Shown: positions 38,102-47,744, counted from the first letter of the stretch. The stretch is DNA of 64,000 nt from Candidatus Omnitrophota bacterium (GCA_035292445.1 DATDQB010000023.1:89533-153532); one strand, 5' to 3'. Notes: generated by a model from the letters alone, not told the origin. A program made the numbers and translations.

Positions 38102-40482
38102 ACGAAGCCGAAACCAGAGCGGAATTGATTGACCCGAAGCTGAAGGAAAGCGGCTGGGGTGTTCTCGAGGGTTCCAAAGTTTTGCGGGAATACCACATTA
38201 CCGCCGGGAAAATCCAGACCGGCGGGAGCCGGGCCAAGCCGCTTATTGCCGATTATGTCCTTGTGTTTAATGGCCGCAAGCTGGCCACGATTGAAGCCAA
38301 GAGCGATGAAGAAGAAGTCGGCGAAGGCGTCGCGCAGGCCAAGAATTACGCCGAAAAAATGTGCTTGGAAACGACGTATGCCAGCAACGGGAAAGAGATT
38401 TATCAAATTTGCATGAAGACTGGCAAGGAAGGCCCGGCTGCCAAATTCCCCACACCACAGGAACTTTGGAACAAGACTTTTACCGAAGAAAATCAGTGGC
38501 GGAACAAATTCAGTCAAGTGCCGCTTGAAGACGTTGGCGGCACCAAGCCCGTCCGTTATTATCAGGAAATTGCGGTTAATAACGTCATGTCCGCGATTGC
38601 CGACGGCAGACAGCGCGTTTTATTGACATTGGCCACTGGCACAGGAAAAACCTTTATTGCCTTTCAAATCGCTTGGAAACTCTTTCAAACCCGTTGGAAC
38701 CTTCGGCGTGACGGAAGTCGAAGGCCCCGCATTCTGTTTTTGGCGGATAGAAATATTCTGGCGGATCAGGCGTTTAATGCTTTCTCACCGTTTCCCGAAG
38801 ACGCGCTGGCCCGCATCAAGCCGGATGAAATCCGCAGGCACGGGCGGGTTCCGACCAACGGGAGCATTTTCTTCACCATCTTTCAGACCTTTATGAGCGG
38901 TAGAGACAAAGACGGCAGGCCCGCGCCCTATTTTGGCGAATATCCGGCGGATTATTTCGATTTTATCGTGATTGATGAATGCCATCGCGGCGGGGCCAAT
39001 GATGAAGGCAACTGGCGGGCAATTCTGGAGTATTTCGCCCCGGCTGTTCAGCTTGGGCTGACCGCCACACCCAAGCGCCGGGATAACGTGGACACGTATC
39101 GCTATTTCGGTGAACCGGTGTATGTCTATTCGCTTAAAGAAGGCATCAACGACGGCTTCCTGACGCCGTTTAAGGTCAAAAGGATCAAGACGACACTGGA
39201 CGATTATATTTACACGTCCGATGACCGGGTCATTGAAGGCGAGGTCGAAGAAGGGAAAATTTATACCGAGCCGGACTTTAACAAAATCATTGAGATCAAG
39301 GAGCGCGAAGCCAAGCGGGTGCAGATATTCCTGTCCGAAATCAATCAGAATGAAAAGGCGATTGTCTTCTGCGCGACCCAAGACCATGCGGCGGCGGTGC
39401 GGGATTTGGTGAATCAATATAAAAAGAGCGGTGATCCAAATTATTGTGTGCGCGTCACGGCCAATGACGGCGCGCTGGGCGATCAGTTTTTGCGGGATTT
39501 TCAGGACAATGAAAAGACCATTCCGACTATATTGACGACTTCCCAGAAACTCTCCACCGGTGTGGACGCCCGCAATATCCGAAATATTATACTTATGCGC
39601 CCAATTAACTCGATGATTGAATTTAAGCAGATCATTGGCCGGGGAACGCGGTTGTTCGATGGGAAGGAGTATTTTACGATTTATGATTTCGTGGACGCAC
39701 ATCATCACTTCGCTGATCCCGAGTGGGACGGCGAGCCGATTGTTGAGGTTTGTTCCAAGTGTTTGGAAAATCCTTGTGTTTGTGAAAAGCCGCCACCCGG
39801 GCCATGTCCCCGATGCGGTCAGCGACCTTGTATTTGTGAGAGACCGCCGGAGCCGCCCTGTCCCAGATGTGGCAAAAGCCCTTGTGAGTGTCCCAAGAAG
39901 GTCAAAATCAAACTGCGTGACGGCAAGGAACGCGAAATTCAGCACATGATCGCGACTTCCTTTTGGAGTGCGGACGGGAAGCCGATCTCAGTAGAGGAAT
40001 TTCTACAAAGCCTATTTGGCATCTTACCGGAATTCTTCAAAAACGAAGAGGAATTGAGAAAAATCTGGTCTAGTCCCATAACACGTAAGACATTACTGGA
40101 AAATTTAGCCGCGGCTGGGTTTGGCAAGGATGAATTAACAACTTTACAGAAATTGATTGATGCTGAAAAAAGCGATCTCTTTGATGTGATCGAATTTGTC
40201 TCTTTCGCTATGAAGCCAATTACCAGAGAAAAGCGAGTTGCTTTAGCTCAGTTTAAAATATTCGCAGGTTTGAATAATAAACAGAAAGATTTTATTGAAT
40301 TTGTCCTCTCCCAATACATTGAAACTGGTGTTGAGGAGCTTGATCAGGAAAAACTCCCTGATCTTCTGACGCTAAAATATCAGGCCATCAGCGACGCGGA
40401 AGAAATCTTGGGCGGAGTGGATAATATTCGGACAACTTTTATAGATTTTCAGAAACATTTATATGAGAAAGTAGTGGTTTGA
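38098..40482 (+). CDS. hsdR: Type I restriction enzyme R subunit, with an unusual Cys-rich tandem motif insertion near the C-terminus
   Basis: N-terminal nuclease region (ADYVLV...IEAK PD-(D/E)xK). SF2 helicase motifs (LATGTGKT, DECHRGG). Insert CSKCLENPCVCEKPPPGPCPRCGQRPCICERPPEPPCPRCGKSPCECPKK at about 39751-39900. Confidence 0.85.
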   Translation: MNEAETRAELIDPKLKESGWGVLEGSKVLREYHITAGKIQTGGSRAKPLIADYVLVFNGRKLATIEAKSDEEEVGEGVAQAKNYAEKMCLETTYASNGKEIYQICMKTGKEGPAAKFPTPQELWNKTFTEENQWRNKFSQVPLEDVGGTKPVRYYQEIAVNNVMSAIADGRQRVLLTLATGTGKTFIAFQIAWKLFQTRWNLRRDGSRRPRILFLADRNILADQAFNAFSPFPEDALARIKPDEIRRHGRVPTNGSIFFTIFQTFMSGRDKDGRPAPYFGEYPADYFDFIVIDECHRGGANDEGNWRAILEYFAPAVQLGLTATPKRRDNVDTYRYFGEPVYVYSLKEGINDGFLTPFKVKRIKTTLDDYIYTSDDRVIEGEVEEGKIYTEPDFNKIIEIKEREAKRVQIFLSEINQNEKAIVFCATQDHAAAVRDLVNQYKKSGDPNYCVRVTANDGALGDQFLRDFQDNEKTIPTILTTSQKLSTGVDARNIRNIILMRPINSMIEFKQIIGRGTRLFDGKEYFTIYDFVDAHHHFADPEWDGEPIVEVCSKCLENPCVCEKPPPGPCPRCGQRPCICERPPEPPCPRCGKSPCECPKKVKIKLRDGKEREIQHMIATSFWSADGKPISVEEFLQSLFGILPEFFKNEEELRKIWSSPITRKTLLENLAAAGFGKDELTTLQKLIDAEKSDLFDVIEFVSFAMKPITREKRVALAQFKIFAGLNNKQKDFIEFVLSQYIETGVEELDQEKLPDLLTLKYQAISDAEEILGGVDNIRTTFIDFQKHLYEKVVV

Positions 40483-40595
40483 AATGACCCATTTGAACAG
40501 TTCATTTTCTTGGCTTTTTGGGCCCAATGTGCTAAAATTTAGCACTATTAAATGGGTAGAAGTTTTCTCAAAATTTTCATAACTATTGAGGGAAT

Positions 40596-41675
40596 ATGAG
40601 TTTAGATTCAAGGATTCAAAAAATTAAGAAATTAGAGAGCGAGAGAAAGTCTCGCGTTATTTGTTATATTAACTCTGATAGGCCAAGTAATTGTCCCATT
40701 GCTGGGATGACCATGCAGATTTCCCCGGACGTGCAACTTCATTTTTATGAGCATTTAAAAAAGATTGGTAAAACCAAGAATATTGATTTGGTTCTTTATA
40801 CACGGGGTGGTAATATTGAAACGGTTTGGCCATTGGTTTCTTTAATAAGGGAATTTTGTGATTCTTTTTCTGTTTTGGTTCCGTTTCGTGCCCATAGCGC
40901 GGGGACAATGATATGCTTGGGGGCTAATGAGATTAGGATGGCTAAATTGGCAGAATTGAGTCCGATTGATCCTACGACGGGAAATCAATTTAATCCAATT
41001 GATGAAACAAATCCAAGATCAAGGAAGGGAATAAGTGTCGAAGATGTTACTTCCTATTTAGATTTAGCTAAAGAGGATTTTGGAATCAAAAAAGAGGAGA
41101 ATATTGTCAATATTTTTAAACATCTAACTGATAAAATAGAGCCATTGGCTCTTGGCAATGTTAAGAGGGTTCATAAGCTGATTCGGCGACTAGCAGATGA
41201 GTTGTTGCATTTGCATTTTGATGAGGCTAAATATTCTAAAAAGATTGAGGCGATTAAAAAGACTTTAACATCAGAATTATATTCGCATGTTCACTATATC
41301 AATCGTCAGGAAGCCATGAAGATTTTAGGAGAAGAAATCGTCAAATTTTGCTCTGAAAATGAAGAAGCGGCGTTATGGGATGTGTTTGTTGATTATGCTG
41401 ATACTTTAAAGTTGAAGGAAACTTTTAACATAAAAGAATATATGGGAACAGATGTATCAAAAGAACTTGAAGTGGTTGGGGCTTTTATTGAAAGTGCCGA
41501 CCTGTCGCATACGTTTAATGCAAAGAGTAAATTGACGCAACGCTCAAAATTACCACCTAATTTGCAGGTGCAGGTTCAGCCGGGGCAGGCGTTTCCTTTA
41601 ATTCCTGGCTTCCCAATTGAGATTGAAGTAGATCTTATTTCTGTAGGATGGAAGGTGAACGATGGAAAAATTTAA
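40596..41675 (+). CDS. SDH-family (Clp/crotonase-fold) serine protease-like protein
   Basis: ...ICYINSDRPS...LVLYTRGGNIETVWPLV...FRAHSAGTMICLGANEI resembles the ClpP-like fold of the serine dehydrogenase proteinase family. A palindrome gtgctaaaatttagcac lies upstream. Confidence 0.55.
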   Translation: MSLDSRIQKIKKLESERKSRVICYINSDRPSNCPIAGMTMQISPDVQLHFYEHLKKIGKTKNIDLVLYTRGGNIETVWPLVSLIREFCDSFSVLVPFRAHSAGTMICLGANEIRMAKLAELSPIDPTTGNQFNPIDETNPRSRKGISVEDVTSYLDLAKEDFGIKKEENIVNIFKHLTDKIEPLALGNVKRVHKLIRRLADELLHLHFDEAKYSKKIEAIKKTLTSELYSHVHYINRQEAMKILGEEIVKFCSENEEAALWDVFVDYADTLKLKETFNIKEYMGTDVSKELEVVGAFIESADLSHTFNAKSKLTQRSKLPPNLQVQVQPGQAFPLIPGFPIEIEVDLISVGWKVNDGKI

Positions 41676-41940
41676 TCAAGATTTTTATAGGACTTCCTTG
41701 GTCAGCACAGATGAAGGATTAGTTTCCGAGCGATTTGATTACTCAACAGCAGACATTGAGGCCAGTGTGTTTTTTGGACTTGTTTCTCCTGAAATTTATC
41801 AAGGATCGGGAGAAGCTCCGAATATTTCTGGTGTTTATAAATTGATCGATGAGCAATTGCATGCTGTTGTAGATACAGCGCCTCCAAACGCTGTTCCGCT
41901 TTCAAAATCCTCTGGATTATTTAAACTTGCAGGCGAATAA
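41662..41940 (+). CDS. Hypothetical small protein, translationally coupled to the protease gene
   Basis: 92-aa ORF overlapping the upstream stop by 14 nt. No known motif. Confidence 0.4.
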   Translation: MEKFNQDFYRTSLVSTDEGLVSERFDYSTADIEASVFFGLVSPEIYQGSGEAPNISGVYKLIDEQLHAVVDTAPPNAVPLSKSSGLFKLAGE

Positions 41941-41951
41941 ATTGAATATTT

Positions 41952-42368
41952 ATGATCTATGCAAAAGGTATTTTATTAGATACGGCGGCTCTTTATGCAA
42001 TTGCAGACTCACGAGACAAATACCACTCTAAAGCGGTAAGTTTCTTAAATCAGATTCAAAAGAGTTCCCAACCGCTTTTTATTTCAAATGTCACAATTTA
42101 CGAAGCGTATAGGTTAATTTTGCATAGGCTTGATATTAAAAAGGCTCTATTTTTTTTAGAAGAGATTTTTGATGGGTCTATTCGAATTGAATACATCACT
42201 ACGGCAGATGAAAGAATTGCCAGAGATTGTTTAAAGAAATACGATGATCAACCGTTTTCTTTTGTTGATGCCTTAAATTTTGCTGTTATGGGTAGGATTA
42301 AGATTGCAAAAGTGTTTACTTTTGATAGCCACTTTAATATTATTGGGTTTGAACAGATGCCATCGTAG
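41952..42368 (+). CDS. PIN-domain nuclease (VapC-like)
   Basis: Acidic residues at the expected positions (LLDTAAL..., ...YEA..., FVDALNFAV). Length 138 aa. Confidence 0.7.
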   Translation: MIYAKGILLDTAALYAIADSRDKYHSKAVSFLNQIQKSSQPLFISNVTIYEAYRLILHRLDIKKALFFLEEIFDGSIRIEYITTADERIARDCLKKYDDQPFSFVDALNFAVMGRIKIAKVFTFDSHFNIIGFEQMPS

Positions 42369-42528
42369 TATCAAGCAATAGGAAGCCAAGAGTTTTGAGT
42401 TAGAAGAGGAAGGCAAAATAACGATTGGCTTTAAGACATTGATGGGGCCATTAAACAGGTTCTAACTTGGTCTAGCCAGCCCCGCCATCAAGATTTGAAC
42501 TGGGGTTCTAGTTCAGATCAAATTCAGA

Positions 42529-42570
42529 TCAAAAAATCCTCGACGGATAAATCCGTCGGGGATTTTTTAT
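42529..42570. terminator. Bidirectional rho-independent terminator
   Basis: A 14-bp stem aatcctcgacggat / atccgtcggggatt, flanked by A6 and T6. Confidence 0.65.
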
Positions 42571-42699
42571 GTCCTAAGGTGTCAAAGGCTTAGGGCAGAC
42601 AAATTCTGACATTGAAGGAATTCCAAAAAGCCGCTCGTCACCCGAGCAAACAATCTCCTCCTCCCAACAGCGAGCCTTATTTCCAGTTTGAAATAAAAG

Positions 42700-42728
42700 T
42701 TGACAAGGATACAGTTGTTTTATATTAT
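42700..42728 (+). promoter_or_regulatory. Sigma70-like promoter for the arsR-family gene
   Basis: TTGACA - 17 nt - TATTAT, about 45 nt upstream of the ORF. Confidence 0.5.
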
Positions 42729-42772
42729 AGTTTCGAAACTTATTAACTACTAAACAGACGATAACAAGGGAG

Positions 42773-43120
42773 ATGGAAATGGATAAACATATGGAAGAAA
42801 AGATTTTTCAGATGCACGCTGAGGTCTGTAAATCGATGGCCAATCCTACGCGGCTTAGAATTATGACTCTATTACGTAAAGGAGAAAAGTCTGTAGAGGA
42901 GTTAAGAGAACGATTGGGATTGCCCAAAGCCAACCTTTCCCAGCACCTGGGTGTTTTGCGCCATCGTAGAATCGTATCGACCCGCAGAGACGGTTTGAAT
43001 ATCTACTACAAAGTGGCCAACCCCAAAATGATCCGGGCCTGTGACATCTTGCGCGAAGTCCTTCTTGAGCAGCTTCAAGAGGGAGGCCAATTAATGAAAG
43101 TTGCCATCAAGAAGAAATAG
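42773..43120 (+). CDS. ArsR/SmtB-family transcriptional regulator
   Basis: MANPTRLRIMTLLRKGEKSVEELRERLGLPKANLSQHLGVLR winged-HTH signature. Confidence 0.85.
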   Translation: MEMDKHMEEKIFQMHAEVCKSMANPTRLRIMTLLRKGEKSVEELRERLGLPKANLSQHLGVLRHRRIVSTRRDGLNIYYKVANPKMIRACDILREVLLEQLQEGGQLMKVAIKKK

Positions 43121-43131
43121 AAGGAGTAAAA

Positions 43132-45477
43132 ATGAAGAAATTTTCTCTTGTTGAATTTTCCGTTGATCATCCCAAGCTGATTGTGGTTCTTTCCATCATT
43201 GTGACTTTTCTTTTTCTGACTCAGTTTCCCAAAATCAAGACCGATACGAATCCCAAGAACATGCTTCCGGCGACATCCGATGTGCGGGTATGGAATAACG
43301 AGGTGGACAGGACCTTTGGCCTTTATGAAGATATGATTGTCTTAGGAATCACGAACGAGCTGGGGATCCTCAACAAGGATATATTAGGGAAGATCAGCCG
43401 TGTCACGGATGAAATATTAAAAATAAAGGGCGTTGCGTTAAGAGATGTGAATGGTTTTTCCACGATTACCAACGTAACAGACGAAGAGGGAATATTGCGG
43501 GTGGCGCCCCTGATGCCTGAGGCGCCCAAGACCGAGGAAGAGATCACAGCCCTCAGAAAACAACTCTTCGGAGATTCTCTTTTTATCAATCGCATCATCT
43601 CAGAGGACGGCAAGACCACAGCGATTTATATCCCTCTTGAAAAAGGGGCCAACGGGAAAGAAGTTGCCGATCAAATTAGAAATATCCTTGCGAAAGAGAA
43701 AGGCAGCGAAGAATATTATATCGCCGGAGACCCGGTAGCACGGGATACCTTCGGCTCCGAGATGTTTAAGCTGATGGCTATTTTTGCTCCCATCGCAGGC
43801 GGGGTGATGCTTTTTGTCCGGTACCTTATGTTCCGCGACTTTTTCCTTTCCATCACCCTCATGATGGATGCGATGATGAGCATTGTCTGGAGCATGGGAC
43901 TCCTTATCGGCTTGGGATTTCCTGTTCATATCATGAGTTCAATGGCCCCGGTATTCTTGATGGCGATTGCCACCGACAGCATTCACATCTTTAACGAGTT
44001 TTATTTCCGATATAAAGAAAAGAAAGACAAAAAAGCCGCCATCCTTGCAACCATGGATGCCGTCGGAAGGCCTGTCCGTTACACGGCATTGGCGACGACC
44101 GCGGCTTTTGCGGTTTTATTATTTATGAATATCGTCCCTGTCAAAGTCTTCGGCGGGTTGGTTGCCTTTGGCACCGTGGCTTTAAGGATTTTAAGTTTCA
44201 GTTTCATCCCGGCCATGTTCACCTTTGTCAATGAGAAAAATATCGCGAATATCGCAGAAGGGGAAGACGCGGCCTTAAGCAAAACATCCCTCTTCTTAAG
44301 GAAACTGGCGGGTTACGGCACCCATAGACCCAAGACCACGATTGTTATCGGACTCATTGTGTTTGTTGTATCCGTCATTGGAATCACCAAGATTAAGGTC
44401 AACAATAACATGGTGGAATGGTTTAAGCCAAACAGCGAAATCCGGGTGGCGGACAGGGAAGTCAACCGTGCGCTCGGCGGGACATCGCTAGGGTATATCG
44501 TGGCTGTTTCTAATGAGGATGACTTTATTAAAAACCCCGAGGCGATGAGATACCTTGAAGGACTTCAGCGGCACATTGAAGAACTTCCTGCTGTGGGCAA
44601 GACCTTTTCGGTTGTTGACTATCTTAAACGGATTAATCGTGTCCTACATAATGACGATCCGAAATACGACACAGTCCCTGCCGAAAAAAATACTATCGGC
44701 CAATATCTTTTTTTGTTCAGCATGTCGGCCAAACCTTCAGATTTGGATAATGTAGTTGACCCATCATTCAGGCAAGCCAACATCTGGGTGCAGATGAAAA
44801 CCTGGGATGCCCGGGCCATGCAATCGGTTATTGCTTTGGCCAATGAATATAAACGATTACATCCGATCGCGTTAGAGTTAAAGCCTGCTGGGACCGCTTA
44901 TTTTAATCTAGTTTGGAACCACGAGGTGCTTTGGGATATGGTTAGGGGTTTTATCCTGGCCTTGATTGTTGTATTTCTTATTCTTGCCTTCGATTTTCGT
45001 TCAGCGAAATGGGCGATTGTCGGATATGCGCCGCTGCTTTTTACGATTGTCGTCATTTACGGTGTCGTCGGGTTTATAGGCAAGGACTTTGACATGCCGA
45101 TCTCAGTCCTTTCCTGTCTTTCGTTGGGCATGGCCGTTGACTTCGCCATCCATTTCATCAGCCGATTTAGGCAGAGACTGGCGTCGATGAAGGAGCGGGA
45201 TGTGGCTGAGGCGCTGTTGTGGACCGCTGCCCGGCCGGGCAAAGGGATTCTGCGCAATGCCATTTTGTTTGCGGCGTCTTTTGCGGTCATGCTGTTTGCC
45301 CCTTTGACGCCTTATATCACCGTGGGGGCTTTTATCGTGAGCATGATGCTTTTAAGCGCGGCCATGACGATCATCTATATCCCGGCGCTCGTTACACTCA
45401 TGCAAATTAGGTTCTTTAAAAAAGATACACATGGATTCTCTGTAAAGCCCCGCCTGTGGCGGGGCAGGGAGGGTTGA
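43132..45477 (+). CDS. MMPL/RND-superfamily exporter (HpnN-like)
   Basis: 781 aa with 12-TM two-repeat topology and two large periplasmic loops. Confidence 0.75.
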   Translation: MKKFSLVEFSVDHPKLIVVLSIIVTFLFLTQFPKIKTDTNPKNMLPATSDVRVWNNEVDRTFGLYEDMIVLGITNELGILNKDILGKISRVTDEILKIKGVALRDVNGFSTITNVTDEEGILRVAPLMPEAPKTEEEITALRKQLFGDSLFINRIISEDGKTTAIYIPLEKGANGKEVADQIRNILAKEKGSEEYYIAGDPVARDTFGSEMFKLMAIFAPIAGGVMLFVRYLMFRDFFLSITLMMDAMMSIVWSMGLLIGLGFPVHIMSSMAPVFLMAIATDSIHIFNEFYFRYKEKKDKKAAILATMDAVGRPVRYTALATTAAFAVLLFMNIVPVKVFGGLVAFGTVALRILSFSFIPAMFTFVNEKNIANIAEGEDAALSKTSLFLRKLAGYGTHRPKTTIVIGLIVFVVSVIGITKIKVNNNMVEWFKPNSEIRVADREVNRALGGTSLGYIVAVSNEDDFIKNPEAMRYLEGLQRHIEELPAVGKTFSVVDYLKRINRVLHNDDPKYDTVPAEKNTIGQYLFLFSMSAKPSDLDNVVDPSFRQANIWVQMKTWDARAMQSVIALANEYKRLHPIALELKPAGTAYFNLVWNHEVLWDMVRGFILALIVVFLILAFDFRSAKWAIVGYAPLLFTIVVIYGVVGFIGKDFDMPISVLSCLSLGMAVDFAIHFISRFRQRLASMKERDVAEALLWTAARPGKGILRNAILFAASFAVMLFAPLTPYITVGAFIVSMMLLSAAMTIIYIPALVTLMQIRFFKKDTHGFSVKPRLWRGREG

Positions 45478-45481
45478 AAAA

Positions 45482-46285
45482 ATGAAAATGGTCAAATTAT
45501 TGGGGATAGTGTTCATGGGATTATTTGTCATCCAACCGATGTCCTTTGCCCAGGATTCGCTGAAGCCGGAGGAGATCATCGCAAAATCAAGGCTCGCCTT
45601 TTATTATGCCGCTGACGATATGAAGGCCAAAATTTCCATGGAACTCATCGATAAAGATGGCAGAAAAAGGCTGCGGGAGCTTACGATGTTAAGGAAAGAT
45701 GATCAGGATGGCGGGGAGCAGAAATATTTCATCTATTTTCATCAACCGGCGGACGTCAAAGATATGACGTTTATGGTCTATAAATATCCCGATAAAGACG
45801 CCGACCGTTGGCTTTTTATTCCCGCCATTGATCTGGTCAAAAGAATTGCGGCGAATGATAAATTCTCAAGCTTTGTCGGAAGCGATTTTACTTATGAGGA
45901 TGTCTCGGGAAGAAATCCCAATGAGGATACGCATACGTTTTTAAGAAAAGATACGCTCGATGGGAAAGATTGTTTTGTTGTAGAAAGTACACCTAAGCAG
46001 GTGTCTGAGTACACCAAGAGGGTTTCCTGGATTGACACAACGATTTTTTTACCATTAAAAGAAGAGTTTTATGATAAACAGAGCGAACTCTACCGGCAGT
46101 TTGAGGCCGAGGAAATTAAAGAGGTTGACGGTATTCCTACCATCACCAAAAGAGTCGTCAAAAATCTCAAAAACGGACATCGGACGAAAGTTTCCTTTGA
46201 GGAAATCAAATACAATCTGGGAATAGAAAGCGACATCTTTTCCGAGCGATACCTAAGGAGGCCGCCGCTTCAATGGATAAAATAA
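45482..46285 (+). CDS. LolA-like outer-membrane lipoprotein-sorting-fold protein (DUF1329-like)
   Basis: Signal peptide and the typical ...MTFMVYKYPDKDADRWLFIP... pattern of LolA-like partners of RND exporters. Confidence 0.6.
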   Translation: MKMVKLLGIVFMGLFVIQPMSFAQDSLKPEEIIAKSRLAFYYAADDMKAKISMELIDKDGRKRLRELTMLRKDDQDGGEQKYFIYFHQPADVKDMTFMVYKYPDKDADRWLFIPAIDLVKRIAANDKFSSFVGSDFTYEDVSGRNPNEDTHTFLRKDTLDGKDCFVVESTPKQVSEYTKRVSWIDTTIFLPLKEEFYDKQSELYRQFEAEEIKEVDGIPTITKRVVKNLKNGHRTKVSFEEIKYNLGIESDIFSERYLRRPPLQWIK

Positions 46286-47595
46286 ATGGCAGAGCGATCT
46301 TTATCATTCTTGTCGCTGGGACAGCTTTTTTTGCGACGTCTCGCGTTTGGGCCGCCTCCGGCGAGCCTCGCCCAAAGTGGCGGGCCGCCATGCCGGAATT
46401 ACATGGCTTTGCGGAATTCGCCTATGGACCTAAAATGAGCGATGATAATACCAAGAGGGATGATTTTAATCTGTTCGAACAGCGCCTGCAGCTTAAGACA
46501 AAATATCTATTTGAAGGCAATGGTTTTCTCGCGCAAAAGAATTCTTCCATTAATTTCAAAGGCGATTTTACAGTGGATGAATATTTTTCCGGTAAAACGG
46601 ATTTTGAATTGCGGGAGTTTAATCTTTCCACCACGCCGTACGATTGGCTTGATCTTAAGGCGGGGCGGCAGATTTTGACTTGGGGAACCGGCGATTATCT
46701 TTTTGTTAATGATCTTTTCCCGAAGGATTACATGTCTTTTTTTATCGGCCGGGATGATGAATATTTGAAAAAACCTTCCGACGCGCTCAAATTGTCCTTT
46801 TACCCGGCCTTGGCGAACGTTGATTTTGTTGTCTCAAAGTTTGAGCCAAATACCATACCCGAAGGGGGTCGGTTGTCTTTTTTTGACAGTTTTCAGGGAG
46901 GGATTGCCGGGCGGAACTCCGACCGTGACCTCTTAGAGCCGCCGCTGCAACCGTCTAATCTCGAATACGCGCTACGAACTTACCGGAATTTAGGAAGCCA
47001 TGAATTAGCTTTTTATTATTTCCGCGGCTTTGATAAAAATCCGACCAGCTATAAAGATGAGGCCGCCCGCCAGCTTTTTTATCCGCGTTTGGATGTTTAC
47101 GGAACCAGTTTGCGGGGGCCCACGTTAGGCGGTATTGGAAATATCGAGTTTGGCTACTACAATTCGAGGGAAGATTCCGACGGCAACAACCGCCTTATCG
47201 CCAATTCCCTCTTTAAAGTTTTGGTCGGCTATGAAAAGGATTTGGGGAACGATTTTAAAGTCGGGTTCCAATATCTCTATGAACAAACATTGAATTATGA
47301 TAACTACAGCGTAAATCTTTTACCGGCGGATTTTGTTTTTGATGAATCCAAACATCTATTGACACAGCGAATAACAAAACTTTATAAAAATCAAACCGTA
47401 ACTGTTTCGTTGTTTAATTTTTATTCTCCTTCCAACAAGGACGGTTATGTTCGTCCGATGGTCAGTTATAATATCTCGGATCAATGGAAGGCGACTTTCG
47501 GCGCCAATTTACCTTGGGGAGAAGATGATTTAACGGAATTTGGACAAATGAAAAGGAATAAAAATGTATTTGTACGATTGCGGTATAGTTTTTAA
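46273..47595 (+). CDS. Outer-membrane beta-barrel protein (DUF1302-like)
   Basis: Signal peptide, an alternating amphipathic pattern and a C-terminal ...RLRYSF with terminal Phe. Confidence 0.55.
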   Translation: MDKINGRAIFIILVAGTAFFATSRVWAASGEPRPKWRAAMPELHGFAEFAYGPKMSDDNTKRDDFNLFEQRLQLKTKYLFEGNGFLAQKNSSINFKGDFTVDEYFSGKTDFELREFNLSTTPYDWLDLKAGRQILTWGTGDYLFVNDLFPKDYMSFFIGRDDEYLKKPSDALKLSFYPALANVDFVVSKFEPNTIPEGGRLSFFDSFQGGIAGRNSDRDLLEPPLQPSNLEYALRTYRNLGSHELAFYYFRGFDKNPTSYKDEAARQLFYPRLDVYGTSLRGPTLGGIGNIEFGYYNSREDSDGNNRLIANSLFKVLVGYEKDLGNDFKVGFQYLYEQTLNYDNYSVNLLPADFVFDESKHLLTQRITKLYKNQTVTVSLFNFYSPSNKDGYVRPMVSYNISDQWKATFGANLPWGEDDLTEFGQMKRNKNVFVRLRYSF

Positions 47596-47744
47596 CGGCC
47601 AAGCGGGAACTATAGATGAAAGGTAGAGAGAGTGGGATGCCAGACAGGGATGTATGGGATAAATTATTTTAAAAATTCTATGACGATTTGTTTGAGGATT
47701 TAGATTTATGAGTAGTGTTTTTGACCCCACCCCGCCAACATTAA

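Larger units (their letters stand above)
28558..42560. mobile_element. Integrated mobile element at tRNA-Asp. It has an integrase, an AlpA-like HTH and a primase core, and carries defence genes as cargo. The right boundary is approximate.
   Basis: A large serine recombinase abuts and overlaps the 3' half of tRNA-Asp. It is followed by an Xis/AlpA-like HTH, a CHC2 zinc-finger protein and a PrimPol/P4-type primase. Cargo comprises Type I R-M and a protease-PIN module. Local GC drops at 34270-35427 and 40596-42368. Host-type genes resume at 42773. Confidence 0.65.

Noticed and set aside
42484-42520. tRNA-like fragment as attR (agatttgaact matches the inverted T-loop of tRNA-Asp; CCCCGCCAT direct 9-mer)
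   Set aside because: No cloverleaf can be folded, and the T-loop-like 11-mer is in the wrong orientation for a direct repeat. It is kept only as a weak boundary hint.
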